Below, one piece after another: positions 54,463-64,000 of a stretch of 64,000 bases of DNA. The stretch is taken from contig WQZG01000009.1 in assembly GCA_009780855.1 (NCBI GenBank), positions 4,270 to 68,269 of the forward strand, read 5' to 3'. The stretch comes from Treponema sp. (GTDB taxonomy: Bacteria; Spirochaetota; Spirochaetia; Treponematales; Breznakiellaceae). Position numbers and translations under genes: made by a program. Every line of letters begins with the position of its first letter. Position 1 is the stretch's first letter. The notes beneath the pieces are model-generated. The model had not been told where the DNA came from. It searched no databases and saw nothing but the letters and a program-made list of their open reading frames with translations.

Positions 54463-56184
54463 ATGCGCATCGCAATAGCACAAGTAAATCCCGTGATTGG
54501 AGATTTTCCGGGAAACCGCAAAAAAATTCTTGATTGCGCCTGGAAGGCCAAAAACGATTACCAGGCCGACCTGGTATTATTTTCTGAATTATCAATTTGC
54601 GGTTATCCGCCCCTGGATCTCCTGGGACAGCCGGAGTTCACCGAGCAAAACACCATGACCCTGCGGAACCTGCAGGAATTTTTACCCGAGGATCTGGCAG
54701 CCGGTGTCGGGTATGTCAAAAGGAGCCCCTATTCCGCACAGAGACTTTTGAACGCCTACGGCATCATACTGGGCCATGAACTGGTTTTTGAACAATTCAA
54801 AATAAATATTACCTCCCATGATTATTTTGACGAGGCCAAATATTTTGAGCCGGGGCGGTATCCTGCGGGCAAACAGTACCCGGATGTATTTGAATATCTG
54901 GGAGAACGGATAGGCATTGCGGCAGGCGAAGACGCCCGGACAGGAGATTTTATTAACCGCGGAATTTCCATGTTATGTATACCGGAGGCCGTTCCTTTTA
55001 CCGCCGGCCAATTTGAAAACATCCGCAAAACAATGGAACAGTTAAGCAAAAAGCTGAATATACCGGTTATACGAATTAACCAGGCCGGCGCCAATGATTC
55101 GATTATTTTTGACGGCAGATCAATGATAACTTTACCTTTAATAACTGAATCCAATGATGAGTGTGCGCACACGCAAATTACAAAGGCCTTTGAAGAGGAC
55201 CTTTTGTTCGCGGAATTGCCTTATCAGAATAATAAAGCCGCGATAAAGACTGAAGCTTCCGTTATAACATCTGATGTAACGGTTAAAAACAACGCCGGGA
55301 ATGAACCGGAACTGACTTCCGATAACAGCGACGAACTGGAACAGGCCCTTGTTTTGGGTATAAAAGACTATATGAAAAAATGCGGCTTTACCAAAGTTCA
55401 CCTGGGACTTTCCGGCGGCATAGATTCCGCGCTTGCAGCCTATTTGGCCGCAAAAGCAGCCGGCCCGCAAAACGTAACATGCTTTAATATGCCGTCCAGG
55501 TTTTCTTCGGCAGGGTCAAAAGACGATTCGCGGCTTCTTGCGCAGAACCTCGGATGCCGTTATGAAGTACTGCCGATTGAGAGCATTTACACCGCCTGCA
55601 TGTCTGTCCTTGAAGATGTATTTGAAAAACGTCCATTTGATGTCGCGGAGGAAAATCTCCAGGCCAGAATACGGGGTCTTTTGTGGATGGGCTACGCGAA
55701 CAAATTCAATTCGATGCTTGTCTCCTGCGGAAACAAAAGCGAGTTGGCAATGGGCTACTGCACCCTTTACGGTGACACAAACGGAGCGCTCGCGCCAATC
55801 GGCGACCTGTTTAAAACTGAAGTAATCAGCCTGTGTAAAAGAATCAATGAACGCTCGGTGCGGGAAACAGGAAAAACGATCATACCCCAGGCCATTATCG
55901 ACAAGCCGCCTTCCGCTGAACTGCGGCCCAACCAAACCGACCAGGACAGTCTGCCGCCCTACGAAGTTCTGGATAAAATCCTTAAATTGATAATTTACGA
56001 TAATCTGTCTGCGCAGGAAATTATCGCAAGAGGTTTTGATCCGGACACGGTCAAAAAAATTTACAGGACAATGATCCGTTCGGAATGGAAACGCCGCCAG
56101 ACTCCTCCGGTGCTCAGGGTATCTCCAAAAGCTTTTGGCATCGGAAGAAACCAGCCTCTTGCCAGGGCCATTTTTGAAATATGA
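54463..56184 (+). CDS. nadE: Glutamine-dependent NAD+ synthetase (CN-hydrolase + NAD synthase domains)
   Basis: 'MRIAIAQVNPVIGDF', 'LVLFSELSICGYP', PP-loop 'LGLSGGIDSAL', 'SCGNKSELAMGYCTLYGD'. Confidence 0.9.
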   Translation: MRIAIAQVNPVIGDFPGNRKKILDCAWKAKNDYQADLVLFSELSICGYPPLDLLGQPEFTEQNTMTLRNLQEFLPEDLAAGVGYVKRSPYSAQRLLNAYGIILGHELVFEQFKINITSHDYFDEAKYFEPGRYPAGKQYPDVFEYLGERIGIAAGEDARTGDFINRGISMLCIPEAVPFTAGQFENIRKTMEQLSKKLNIPVIRINQAGANDSIIFDGRSMITLPLITESNDECAHTQITKAFEEDLLFAELPYQNNKAAIKTEASVITSDVTVKNNAGNEPELTSDNSDELEQALVLGIKDYMKKCGFTKVHLGLSGGIDSALAAYLAAKAAGPQNVTCFNMPSRFSSAGSKDDSRLLAQNLGCRYEVLPIESIYTACMSVLEDVFEKRPFDVAEENLQARIRGLLWMGYANKFNSMLVSCGNKSELAMGYCTLYGDTNGALAPIGDLFKTEVISLCKRINERSVRETGKTIIPQAIIDKPPSAELRPNQTDQDSLPPYEVLDKILKLIIYDNLSAQEIIARGFDPDTVKKIYRTMIRSEWKRRQTPPVLRVSPKAFGIGRNQPLARAIFEI

Positions 56185-56191
56185 CGGAGAT

Positions 56192-56710
56192 ATGATGATG
56201 AACGGCCAGACAGATGCCATACTGAAAACAAAAAGGCTGCGTTTAAGGTACCAGGAAAACACTGACCTGGATTTTTTGATAAAATTATGGACAGATCCGG
56301 AAATCACCAAATATGTGGGCGGCCCAAGAACAAAAGAGAGTTTGGAAAAAAACTTTAATGAGACAGCTGCGGACCCTCAAAAAGAAGAATATGATTTGCG
56401 GTACGTTGTTTTAAAAGAAACAAATGAACTTATCGGAATGGCAGGCATTATACCCAAAGACATAGAAGGCCAAAATTTTTATGAGATAAATTATTACATT
56501 GATAAGAACCATCAAAACATTGGTTTTGCCGCTGAGATAGCAGCCGGAATATTATCGCACCACAGGGAGAAAGCGGGAATTAATACTTTTATCGTCATTA
56601 TCGACAAAAACAATATTGCCTCAATAAAGGTCGCAGAGAAAATTGGGTTCCGCTTCTGGAAGACGGTAACCAGAAGCAGCGGCCCAAAGGATATTTACAG
56701 GATTGATTAG
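56192..56710 (+). CDS. GNAT family N-acetyltransferase (RimJ/RimL-like)
   Basis: 'LKTKRLRLR', 'IGMAGI', 'QNIGFAAEIA', 'NIASIKVAEKIGF'. The ATG cluster at 56192 lies just after the nadE stop. Confidence 0.8.
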   Translation: MMMNGQTDAILKTKRLRLRYQENTDLDFLIKLWTDPEITKYVGGPRTKESLEKNFNETAADPQKEEYDLRYVVLKETNELIGMAGIIPKDIEGQNFYEINYYIDKNHQNIGFAAEIAAGILSHHREKAGINTFIVIIDKNNIASIKVAEKIGFRFWKTVTRSSGPKDIYRID

Positions 56711-56722
56711 CACGATCCCTAA

Positions 56723-57550
56723 TCAATTTGATAAAACATCAAATAATTTACGCTGAGAATCATTTAATATTTTTAAATCATTTTTAATGGTATTATCCGG
56801 TTTATACCATTTGAATTTATTAAAAAATATTTTCCATTCATCGGTCTTGAATTCATAACCGGCCAATGCAAACATGGCATTAATAATAATTCTTTTATCA
56901 GTATCACTTAATTTTGCAATATATTTCAGCATTTCATTATCCCGTAAACCAGTCCTGGCACAGGAAATTTTTATATCTTCCCGCCACTCATACTCTATCA
57001 GCCAGATTGGACTTGACAGCGGATACATTGTGTATTTATATTTTACGGGATAATTAAGCGGAAAATCCCATAAAATTATCGGCAATGAGGGATCCGCCGG
57101 AATTAAATTAATACCATCATTGGTTAATTGCAGTGAAACGGTATTTATTTCGGAATTATCAAAAACCATTTTGCCGGTTTTTAACAGCCAGCCGTTAAAT
57201 TCCAAATGGGAATATCCGGATTCTGAAAAGTCATAAAAAATTATTTCATCATTGGATTTTACAAGACCGTTTTTTGAGATTTTTAAAAATTGAATAATAT
57301 TTATGCCATCGGTCTTGATTAATACTGCATCTGTAAAGGGGATCCAAATATTATTATCAGGCGAAGCATCATTGTAGGGATTAAAAAATAAATAGGTATA
57401 TTCATTACCATTTTTTAATCCTAAATCCAATATTGTATAATCAGTGATTAAATTATTCTCTGTAATGAATTTTTTGCAAACTGATAATTCATTACAGAAA
57501 ATAATCAGGGAAGTAAGAATAAATACCAAAAATAAAAATATCTTTTTCAT
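56723..57550 (-). CDS. Signal-peptide protein with a C-terminal YARHG-like domain
   Basis: N-terminal 'MKKIFLFLVFILTSLIIFC'. C-terminal 'IIINAMFALAGYEFKTDEWKIFFNKFKWYKP' resembles the YARHG motif. AT-rich. Confidence 0.5.
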   Translation of the reverse strand: MKKIFLFLVFILTSLIIFCNELSVCKKFITENNLITDYTILDLGLKNGNEYTYLFFNPYNDASPDNNIWIPFTDAVLIKTDGINIIQFLKISKNGLVKSNDEIIFYDFSESGYSHLEFNGWLLKTGKMVFDNSEINTVSLQLTNDGINLIPADPSLPIILWDFPLNYPVKYKYTMYPLSSPIWLIEYEWREDIKISCARTGLRDNEMLKYIAKLSDTDKRIIINAMFALAGYEFKTDEWKIFFNKFKWYKPDNTIKNDLKILNDSQRKLFDVLSN

Positions 57551-57558
57551 AAAAACTT

Positions 57559-58404
57559 TTATATTTGCCGGACAATCCAGTGGTTGGGATGATTTTTCTT
57601 TAAATCATCATACTTAATTTTTTTGACAGCAGGATCTGTTTCAAGCTGCCAGCTGTAAACGAGCGCCGGAACGAAATCCGGATTGGCCGATAATATTGAT
57701 TCTATTACAGGTCTTGCGTAATCCCCGTATCCAAGATTAATCATGCTTTCGGCTGTATGCAGCAAAAACAGGGGATGAACGCTGCCGAACCTGCTGTTGT
57801 ATCTTATACCCAGCTCGGTTATTAGCATCAATGCCAGATTGGGATATTTGGAGAGACTGTAATATTCCAGCATGCCGTAGAAAAGATCCCGGTTTTCAAC
57901 AGCAAGGCCGGTATTGTTGGAATAATTCATTACATAATTCTGAATAATTCCATTCTGATAAGGATTATCGTCGCTGTTGAACATTTCCAAACCATTATCC
58001 AGATACGGCAAAAGGTTGTTGGCCGATGATATTTTTGTATAGTCTGACCCGGATAAAACCCAAAAGGGCATAAACAGTAAATTAAAACCAATATCAAGTA
58101 TTCCATCGCCGGTAATATCGTAAAGAATGTTTGTTGTGCCGTTTTCTGACTGCATAACTCCAAATACTGTCGATCCCTGTACAAGGAATTTGGTATCGGT
58201 ATCGGCAGTCTCGGCTTTGTATTTATAAAAATCAATTCTGCCGTCCGGTGAATCAAGAACCGCTGTTCCCTGGGTCAGGTAAGCAGGTGGATTTTTATCG
58301 ATGTAATCAAGAATATTATCGTTGATTTTAAATAATATCTGCTGGGAGAAGATAAATGTGTTAATAAAAATAAAACCAAAAATTGCAAAAAATAATCTCT
58401 TCAT
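57559..58404 (-). CDS. Signal-peptide hypothetical protein immediately downstream of the RHS toxin (immunity candidate)
   Basis: ATG at 58404 with GGAGG 6 nt upstream. 'MKRLFFAIFGFIFINTFIFS' signal peptide. No family recognised. AT-rich. Confidence 0.5.
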   Translation of the reverse strand: MKRLFFAIFGFIFINTFIFSQQILFKINDNILDYIDKNPPAYLTQGTAVLDSPDGRIDFYKYKAETADTDTKFLVQGSTVFGVMQSENGTTNILYDITGDGILDIGFNLLFMPFWVLSGSDYTKISSANNLLPYLDNGLEMFNSDDNPYQNGIIQNYVMNYSNNTGLAVENRDLFYGMLEYYSLSKYPNLALMLITELGIRYNSRFGSVHPLFLLHTAESMINLGYGDYARPVIESILSANPDFVPALVYSWQLETDPAVKKIKYDDLKKNHPNHWIVRQI

Positions 58405-58442
58405 TTGTGGCCTCCGTAAAATCAATTGGATAAAATTAAATT

Positions 58443-61400
58443 TCATTTTTCTTTGTCTGGTTTGGGTGTATCATCACCATTATTGCCGGCCGGCGGTGAT
58501 GCTGCAGGCGGTGATGCCGGCGCCGCCGGTGCTTTTGGTTCAGGCAGCGGTTCTTGTCTCTGGGCAACATTGGAAAGATCAAACTTGTCAAACTGCTGGT
58601 TTTTATCGTAATAATAAACAACCGGAGCGCCCTTAAAAGCGTCATTCGCGTTCATAACGCCGTTTACTGCTCCTACATTAGAAATAGTCGGGCTGATGTT
58701 AAGCATATTTTTGGTAGGATCCGGAACTACTGTTGCCAAATGTCCGTTACCGGAATCGTTTTTGGAAGCGGCTACAACAGTGTAACCCATATTGGCAAGC
58801 CTCTGGGCTTCCAGCTCACTTATTACTGTTACCGTACCGGCTACAGCGGCTGCCGCGAGATTGTCTGCAGCTGTATTAGCTTTTACATTGTCCCGGTCGG
58901 CTCCGTTAAATAAAGCATCTGCATTGAATCCTGTAGCGAGAGCTATATCAAATGTCGCCTGGTTGCAGAAAGTAGCATCGGCGCCTGGAGCGCCGCTTGG
59001 ATATCTGCCGCCTCCGCCCTTTTCATACATATCAGCTTCCCGTGTTATATCCTGGGCGGCAATTAAATTCCTGGCGTTTTCGTTAAGCAAAAAAGGTTCA
59101 GTAAAATCTGTCGGTTTTAGTAGATAATCATATTCTGTTGCCAGCCCCCATAAATCCACCCAATTGACAGGATCGTTATTGACATAAGCGTACCAGTTGT
59201 TTCCGTCGCGGACTGGATCGATTGTAGTAAACCTGGCGGATGCGGGACGGTAATCCCGGAAACCGTAATTGTAAAGACGGGCAGATGTGTCAAATGGTTT
59301 GCAGGTGTATCCCAGATTCATGGCGCCGCTTAGGTCGCCGGAGTACGGCTGGCCGAACGCGTCGTATTCGTATCTGCTGCTTGAAGCGGCGCCGGCTGTC
59401 GTTACGCTGCGGACGCTTCCCTGGATATCTTTGCCAAGGTACATCGAAAGATTTGCGCCGCCGGAGTTTACACCGATTGCTACGGCTTCTCCTTTACCGT
59501 ACAGGATAACCGAACTTCCGGCTAAACTGCCGCTTTGATCTGTAATCCAGCGGTACCGTTCTCCGTATGTTGACTGGGAGGCAAGACTTTTGTCTGTGAA
59601 AGTTTGTCCGCGCCGGATTATTTCAAAACCAAAGCCGTCGTACAATGTGCGCTGCGTCAATCCGGCGGTGTTTGACGTTATGGTTCTTCGGCCAAAAGCG
59701 TCATATTCGTACACGTTTGAGGCACTTGTTTCATCAACATGGCTGGTTACTTCAGAATAAACCATCCTGTTTTGATCATTGTAGACATAGCTGGCTTCAA
59801 ACCGCAGACCCTTTTCGTTTATTAAGTTCCCGTCTTTGTCGTTTACATATAAAATATCGCCCTTGTTTAACAGGCGGTTCTCGGCGTCATACCCATATGT
59901 AACAGTACCCCACGGAGTGGTTTTGGTAATTCGGTTTCCGCGGCTGTCATATGAATAGGTCTCCCTCCACATCATCTGGTTTTGGCCGATTGAATTTCCA
60001 AGGAAAGGCCATGCACGGTTCAGGATGTTTTTGACGGCATTGTATTCATCCACAGCGAGACTGTAACGCTCGCCGTTTCCCCTGTCCGGGGTAAAGTAAA
60101 GTCCGGCTTCTTCGGCTTCAATGCGGTCGGAATCGGCTTTATCGCTGGTCCACGGATACAATACCGCCGCAAGCCGGGATTGTCTGTCATATTCGTACCT
60201 GGTTACCAGGCCTTTCTCGTCTACGCTGTGGCTCCTTCTGCCTTTATTGTCGTAGACATAACCTTCCGCGCGGAGCAGAAGGCCCTGCGCATCCAGTTCC
60301 CTTATCAGAACCACACGGCCGGCAATGTCGTAAAATGTTTCCTGTTTAACCCCGTTTCCGAATGTCCGTCTGGTTTCCCTTCCCCTTTCATCATATTCAT
60401 AGTCAACCTGCAGACGCTGGCCCTGATCCGTTACCTTCAGCAGTTCTCCGTTTTTGCCGTAACTGTAAGTTACATCGCGGTCGCCGCTGGTCATCCTTAT
60501 CCGCTGGCCTGCCCTGTCATATGTGTAACGGGTAATTTCTTTGGCGCTGTCGTCAACCTGCTCGATCAGCCTGCCTCCGGTATCATACCTGTAACGGATC
60601 GCCGCTGTTTCATTTACAGCGCTGATTATATTGCCGGATTTGTCGCGTTCGATTGTGCTTTGGCCGCCGCCGGCAAATGCGGTGACGGTTAATCCAAGGG
60701 CGTCATGGTATTCAGTTTTGGTTTGCTTGCCGGAGAAGGCCGCTGACAAAACAGGCCTGCCTTCCGCGTCATAATTGTACGATGCAATGTCCTGCAGGCG
60801 GTTTACTTCGCCCGTAATTTCACCGTAAGCGTTTTTTTTCTGCAGGAAAGAAGCGCCGCTGCCGTCAATAAAAAATGTTTCGCGCCCCCTGTCGGCGTAC
60901 ACGTATTTTTCCTCGGTTACCCCGTTGTTCCTGACTTCGGTTACCCTGCCGACAGCATCGTAACAGTATTCCTTTTCCAGTCCGGGCCAGCCGGTTTCTT
61001 TTATCAGACGCCCGCCCTGATCGTACTCACCGGCCCAGAACACCCCTGCGGCATTGCGGATTTTTTTTAGGTTTCCCAGGTGGTCATATGAGTACTCATC
61101 CTTCATGTTATCAATATACGTTATGGCTGAAATTTTTTCCAATTCGTTCCATTCAACAGAAACCGGGCGTCCGTATCCGTCAATTATTTTGGCAATACGG
61201 CCTGCGCTGTCATATTCATATTTTTTTTCGCTGCCCTCGCCGTTAACCAATTTAACGGTTTCTCCCCAGGCATTAAGGAAAATGGTCCCGGTGTATTTGC
61301 CGCCGGCGGTAACTGTCACTGTCCGATCTGCGTCATTGTATTGCCATTGCGCGCTGTAAATTATGCCGGTGCTGTTAAGCGTCTGTCTGCCGGTAATACG

Positions 61401-64000
61401 GCCGGCGTTATCGTAAAAATATTTTTCTTCTCCAAGGGCATTGGTTTCGCCTGCCGGCAGCCCCCTTTCGTCATAGGTATATCTGGTTACATTTCCAAGA
61501 CGGTCGATTTTTTCCGCAACGCTGCTGTCCCGGTTATAATTGATATGAACGCTGTTTTCTCCTTCGCGGCCGGCCTGCGCCAGGCGGCCCATGCTGTCGT
61601 AACTGTATTCGTAGAAACCGCCGGAACTTCCCTGCTCCCGGGTCGCATTACCGGCTCCGTTCAATGTCCTTGCCGAAACCTCGCCAAGGGCGTTTGTTAT
61701 CGAGGTAATTGCGCCCCAGGGATCGATATTAAAGCCGGTTACGCCGGAGCCCGGTATCATGGTTTCCCGGTATTCATATCCGCCGGCCAGGCTGGTATAC
61801 GAGTAGGATTCGGTATATTTTTCATCGCTGCCGGCCATTCCCCTTGTGATCGAATTGATCCGGCCGGTAAAATCGTAGTTGTATTCCAGATACCAGGGCC
61901 CCATAATTTTTTTGGTCATTTTACCGTCCGGTCTATATTCGTACCGGGTAATGTTTCCGGTTCCGTCAGTAACGGCAAGGGGCAGATGGCGTTTGTCGTA
62001 ATCAATATCAATTTTACGTTCCAGGCCGGTCAAAAGATCTTTTTCTATAATACGGACCAGATCTTTTCTGTTGCTGTAAAAAAAGGAAGTTTCCAGTTTT
62101 AAAGGGTTTGTCTGGATTATTTGATTTTTAAAGTAGAAATATTCATTAACCCTGCCGGCGCCGTCGGTGTATCCGGTTACGCGTCCGAGTCCGTCATATT
62201 TCCATGATTCCCTTATTTCCCGGCCTCCGGCAGTAATTATTCTTGCTGTCAGATAATCATTGCCGTCATACCCGTACTTTATTTCCGCGCGATCGCCTTC
62301 GCGGCTTGAAGTCAGCCTGTTGGCGCTGTCATAAATTCCTGTAAAAACCAAAATCCCGCCGCGCGAAATCCCGGTACAATTGTCGCTGGTGTCATACCGG
62401 TATTCGGTCACAATGTTGTCCGTGTCCGTATACATTGTCAGCCGGTCGTTATTATTCCATTCCCAGGTTTCCCGTTTGCTGCCGCTGTATATTTTTTGGG
62501 CGATGTTTCCGCGCGAATCATAAATGTAATTGGTTTCAAACCCGTTGATATTTTCCCGTTCGAGCTGGCCGGCCGCGTTATAACTGCAGGTCCTTATACT
62601 GCCGTCTGCGGATTCGGTACGGACAGTCCGGTGACTTTCATCATAATAATGGCGCGTTATCAAACCTGAATAATTGGTGTATACAGTCAGATGCTGCAGG
62701 GGGTAATATTCAAACTGCTCGTCTGCGCCTTCTTCGTTGGTTGTCGCAGTTACAAGCATTGTACCTGCAGGCCCGGTATAGCCGTAATGGATTTTTATGG
62801 AACTGTTGTCCGGTTTTTTGATTTCATTCAACCGTCCGTTCCCGTAAACAAATTCAACCGAGTCTGTGTCCGTATCGGTTACTCCCGCAAGGCTGCTGCC
62901 TGTATATTTATAGCGTACTTCTGTCATTGCAGGCGTCACGATACTGCTTATAAAATTACCGGAATAATTTATTATCCATTCATTTTTATGGGGCCCAACA
63001 ACACGGACAGCTTTTGAATTTTCGTCCCTTATTATTTGGGTTTGGGTATTATCCGGCTGAGTTATATTGATGAGCAGACCGTTTCCGTTATATTCCCGGA
63101 CAACTCCGCCCCGGCCGTAAAGCAGGAAACCTGCCGTACTTTGGGCGCCCTTACCGTCTTTGGTTTCAATGCGCATATACAGACGCTGCGGACTATCTAC
63201 CGGAATCCACACGCCGCCGCCGGAGGGTTCAAATACAACCGGAGTCCCGTCTTCGTCAATCAATGTTAATTTACCGATGCCGGTTACTTCATAATATGAC
63301 GGCGCTCCGCTGAACCTGACATATTGATTAAGACCGTACAGTTCATCGTTGAGCAGTTTTGTTGTTTTAAAACTTTCAAGTTTGGCAAGTGCCGGAAGGT
63401 AAATATCCCGGTACACAGAATTTGCAATAGAAGGATTTGCGATCTGTCTGTACAGTTCAGAAATTTCGGCCGTAAGTTTTTCTGCTGTATGCAGAGCGTC
63501 ATTATCCAGTACAGTAATACCGCGGATAATTCTGCTGTCCAGAGAAACTAGCCAGCCTGTTCCCATGCTGCCGCAGGTTTTTTCGTCGCTTAAATATTTG
63601 CGCTTTATATTAAACACGCTGCCGTTAATTTTTATATCAGTTGTTTCCATTGTGTACCTGCCGGAAGTAACAAGTACGGGATCACCGTCGTCATCCGACT
63701 CTTTACTTTTTCTTTCATCGTACGCGGCCTGTAAATCATCAATGACCTGCTGCCTTTCTTCATCGGTTAATTCACTTACATCCTTGCCCAATTCTTTAGC
63801 TCTCTCTTCCAGGGCCGCGTCAATTTCATCCTGGGTCGGGCCGGATGGTTCCTCATCATCAACCGGAAGAGGATCCTCGGGAGGCGGGAGCGGGGGCGGT
63901 TCGGGATTTACATTTCCGTTATCGCCTCCGTCCGAACCGGCAAACAGGAGTGGAGTATTAAATGCGGCAAAAAGCGCGCACACAATTAACACAAGAAAAA
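58443..64000 (-). CDS. RHS/YD-repeat polymorphic toxin (5' end at or beyond the window edge)
   Basis: More than 1849 aa. Many YD repeats (e.g. 'YEYDxxGR', 'YxYDxxGN'). RHS core end motif 'DPVRDGNNWYAYVNNDPVNWVDLWGL'. N-terminal hydrophobic leader '..LIVCALFAAFNTPLLFAG'. The frame is still open at nt 64000. Confidence 0.9.
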   Translation of the reverse strand, partial: FLVLIVCALFAAFNTPLLFAGSDGGDNGNVNPEPPPLPPPEDPLPVDDEEPSGPTQDEIDAALEERAKELGKDVSELTDEERQQVIDDLQAAYDERKSKESDDDGDPVLVTSGRYTMETTDIKINGSVFNIKRKYLSDEKTCGSMGTGWLVSLDSRIIRGITVLDNDALHTAEKLTAEISELYRQIANPSIANSVYRDIYLPALAKLESFKTTKLLNDELYGLNQYVRFSGAPSYYEVTGIGKLTLIDEDGTPVVFEPSGGGVWIPVDSPQRLYMRIETKDGKGAQSTAGFLLYGRGGVVREYNGNGLLINITQPDNTQTQIIRDENSKAVRVVGPHKNEWIINYSGNFISSIVTPAMTEVRYKYTGSSLAGVTDTDTDSVEFVYGNGRLNEIKKPDNSSIKIHYGYTGPAGTMLVTATTNEEGADEQFEYYPLQHLTVYTNYSGLITRHYYDESHRTVRTESADGSIRTCSYNAAGQLERENINGFETNYIYDSRGNIAQKIYSGSKRETWEWNNNDRLTMYTDTDNIVTEYRYDTSDNCTGISRGGILVFTGIYDSANRLTSSREGDRAEIKYGYDGNDYLTARIITAGGREIRESWKYDGLGRVTGYTDGAGRVNEYFYFKNQIIQTNPLKLETSFFYSNRKDLVRIIEKDLLTGLERKIDIDYDKRHLPLAVTDGTGNITRYEYRPDGKMTKKIMGPWYLEYNYDFTGRINSITRGMAGSDEKYTESYSYTSLAGGYEYRETMIPGSGVTGFNIDPWGAITSITNALGEVSARTLNGAGNATREQGSSGGFYEYSYDSMGRLAQAGREGENSVHINYNRDSSVAEKIDRLGNVTRYTYDERGLPAGETNALGEEKYFYDNAGRITGRQTLNSTGIIYSAQWQYNDADRTVTVTAGGKYTGTIFLNAWGETVKLVNGEGSEKKYEYDSAGRIAKIIDGYGRPVSVEWNELEKISAITYIDNMKDEYSYDHLGNLKKIRNAAGVFWAGEYDQGGRLIKETGWPGLEKEYCYDAVGRVTEVRNNGVTEEKYVYADRGRETFFIDGSGASFLQKKNAYGEITGEVNRLQDIASYNYDAEGRPVLSAAFSGKQTKTEYHDALGLTVTAFAGGGQSTIERDKSGNIISAVNETAAIRYRYDTGGRLIEQVDDSAKEITRYTYDRAGQRIRMTSGDRDVTYSYGKNGELLKVTDQGQRLQVDYEYDERGRETRRTFGNGVKQETFYDIAGRVVLIRELDAQGLLLRAEGYVYDNKGRRSHSVDEKGLVTRYEYDRQSRLAAVLYPWTSDKADSDRIEAEEAGLYFTPDRGNGERYSLAVDEYNAVKNILNRAWPFLGNSIGQNQMMWRETYSYDSRGNRITKTTPWGTVTYGYDAENRLLNKGDILYVNDKDGNLINEKGLRFEASYVYNDQNRMVYSEVTSHVDETSASNVYEYDAFGRRTITSNTAGLTQRTLYDGFGFEIIRRGQTFTDKSLASQSTYGERYRWITDQSGSLAGSSVILYGKGEAVAIGVNSGGANLSMYLGKDIQGSVRSVTTAGAASSSRYEYDAFGQPYSGDLSGAMNLGYTCKPFDTSARLYNYGFRDYRPASARFTTIDPVRDGNNWYAYVNNDPVNWVDLWGLATEYDYLLKPTDFTEPFLLNENARNLIAAQDITREADMYEKGGGGRYPSGAPGADATFCNQATFDIALATGFNADALFNGADRDNVKANTAADNLAAAAVAGTVTVISELEAQRLANMGYTVVAASKNDSGNGHLATVVPDPTKNMLNISPTISNVGAVNGVMNANDAFKGAPVVYYYDKNQQFDKFDLSNVAQRQEPLPEPKAPAAPASPPAASPPAGNNGDDTPKPDKEK
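58446..59141 (-). other. C-terminal toxin domain of the RHS protein (232 aa after the DLWGL cleavage motif); papain-like Cys/His hydrolase predicted
   Basis: 'ATFCNQATFDIALATGF' (Cys) and, 75 aa later, 'GNGHLATVVP' (His). This is like the NlpC/P60-CHAP/Tae-type spacing. It ends in a Pro/Ala-rich tail 'EPLPEPKAPAAPASPPAASPPAG'. Confidence 0.45.

Noticed and set aside
55516-56310. 264-aa minus-strand ORF.
   Set aside because: It is antisense to nadE, which has unambiguous motifs.
60180-62102. Plus-strand ORFs of 170 and 253 aa inside the RHS region.
   Set aside because: They are antisense to the continuous YD-repeat reading frame. Shadow ORFs like these are typical opposite a long repeat-rich CDS.

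Overview
A gene-dense bacterial chromosomal window with about 60 CDS. I recognised no rRNA, tRNA, CRISPR array, transposase or integrase. Taxonomy cannot be established without a search. The gene content (PPi-type PFK, relaxed lipoboxes, many CUT1 sugar ABC systems) would fit an anaerobic saccharolytic bacterium such as a spirochaete, but that is only a guess.

Layout:
- (1) 1-27.5 kb is a large carbohydrate locus. It has a FIST protein plus hybrid histidine kinase, two CUT1-type ABC importers with three solute-binding proteins, and 2x Gfo/Idh/MocA, 2x xylose-isomerase-like TIM barrel, DUF1080 and 2x VOC genes. This is the enzyme set of oxidative 3-keto glycoside cleavage, and no glycoside hydrolase is present. 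A ROK regulator follows. Then comes a minus-strand operon encoding a signal-peptide-less Cys-type sulfatase, TIM-like, PGI, PPi-type PFK, class II aldolase, a LarA-like (nickel-pincer) enzyme and an unassigned 417-aa protein.
- (2) 27.5-41 kb is an accessory-looking patch. It holds an XRE regulator, two lipoproteins (3x BACON + beta-helix; FN3), a decayed HigB/HigA module and an XRE fragment. It also holds an ArsR-rhodanese-rhodanese-radical SAM-TrmH operon and an AT-rich AAA_21 ATPase + DUF4276 pair (candidate OLD-like defence module). Last come an XPB helicase with a coupled 729-aa partner, a NYN-LOTUS protein, and MNT/HEPN gene fragments.
- (3) 41-47.7 kb is a visibly AT-rich LacI-GH31-ABC island abutting the truncated HEPN gene.
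- (4) 47.7-56.7 kb is housekeeping: rlmE, polyprenyl synthase, LysM-M23 peptidase, an acidic-repeat membrane protein, hflX, nadE and a GNAT.
- (5) 56.7-64 kb is a large Sec-signal RHS/YD-repeat toxin, 5'-partial at the window edge. It has a predicted papain-like Cys/His C-terminal domain and is followed by two AT-rich signal-peptide proteins (immunity candidates).

All family calls are from motif recognition by eye. GC statements are by eye and not computed.
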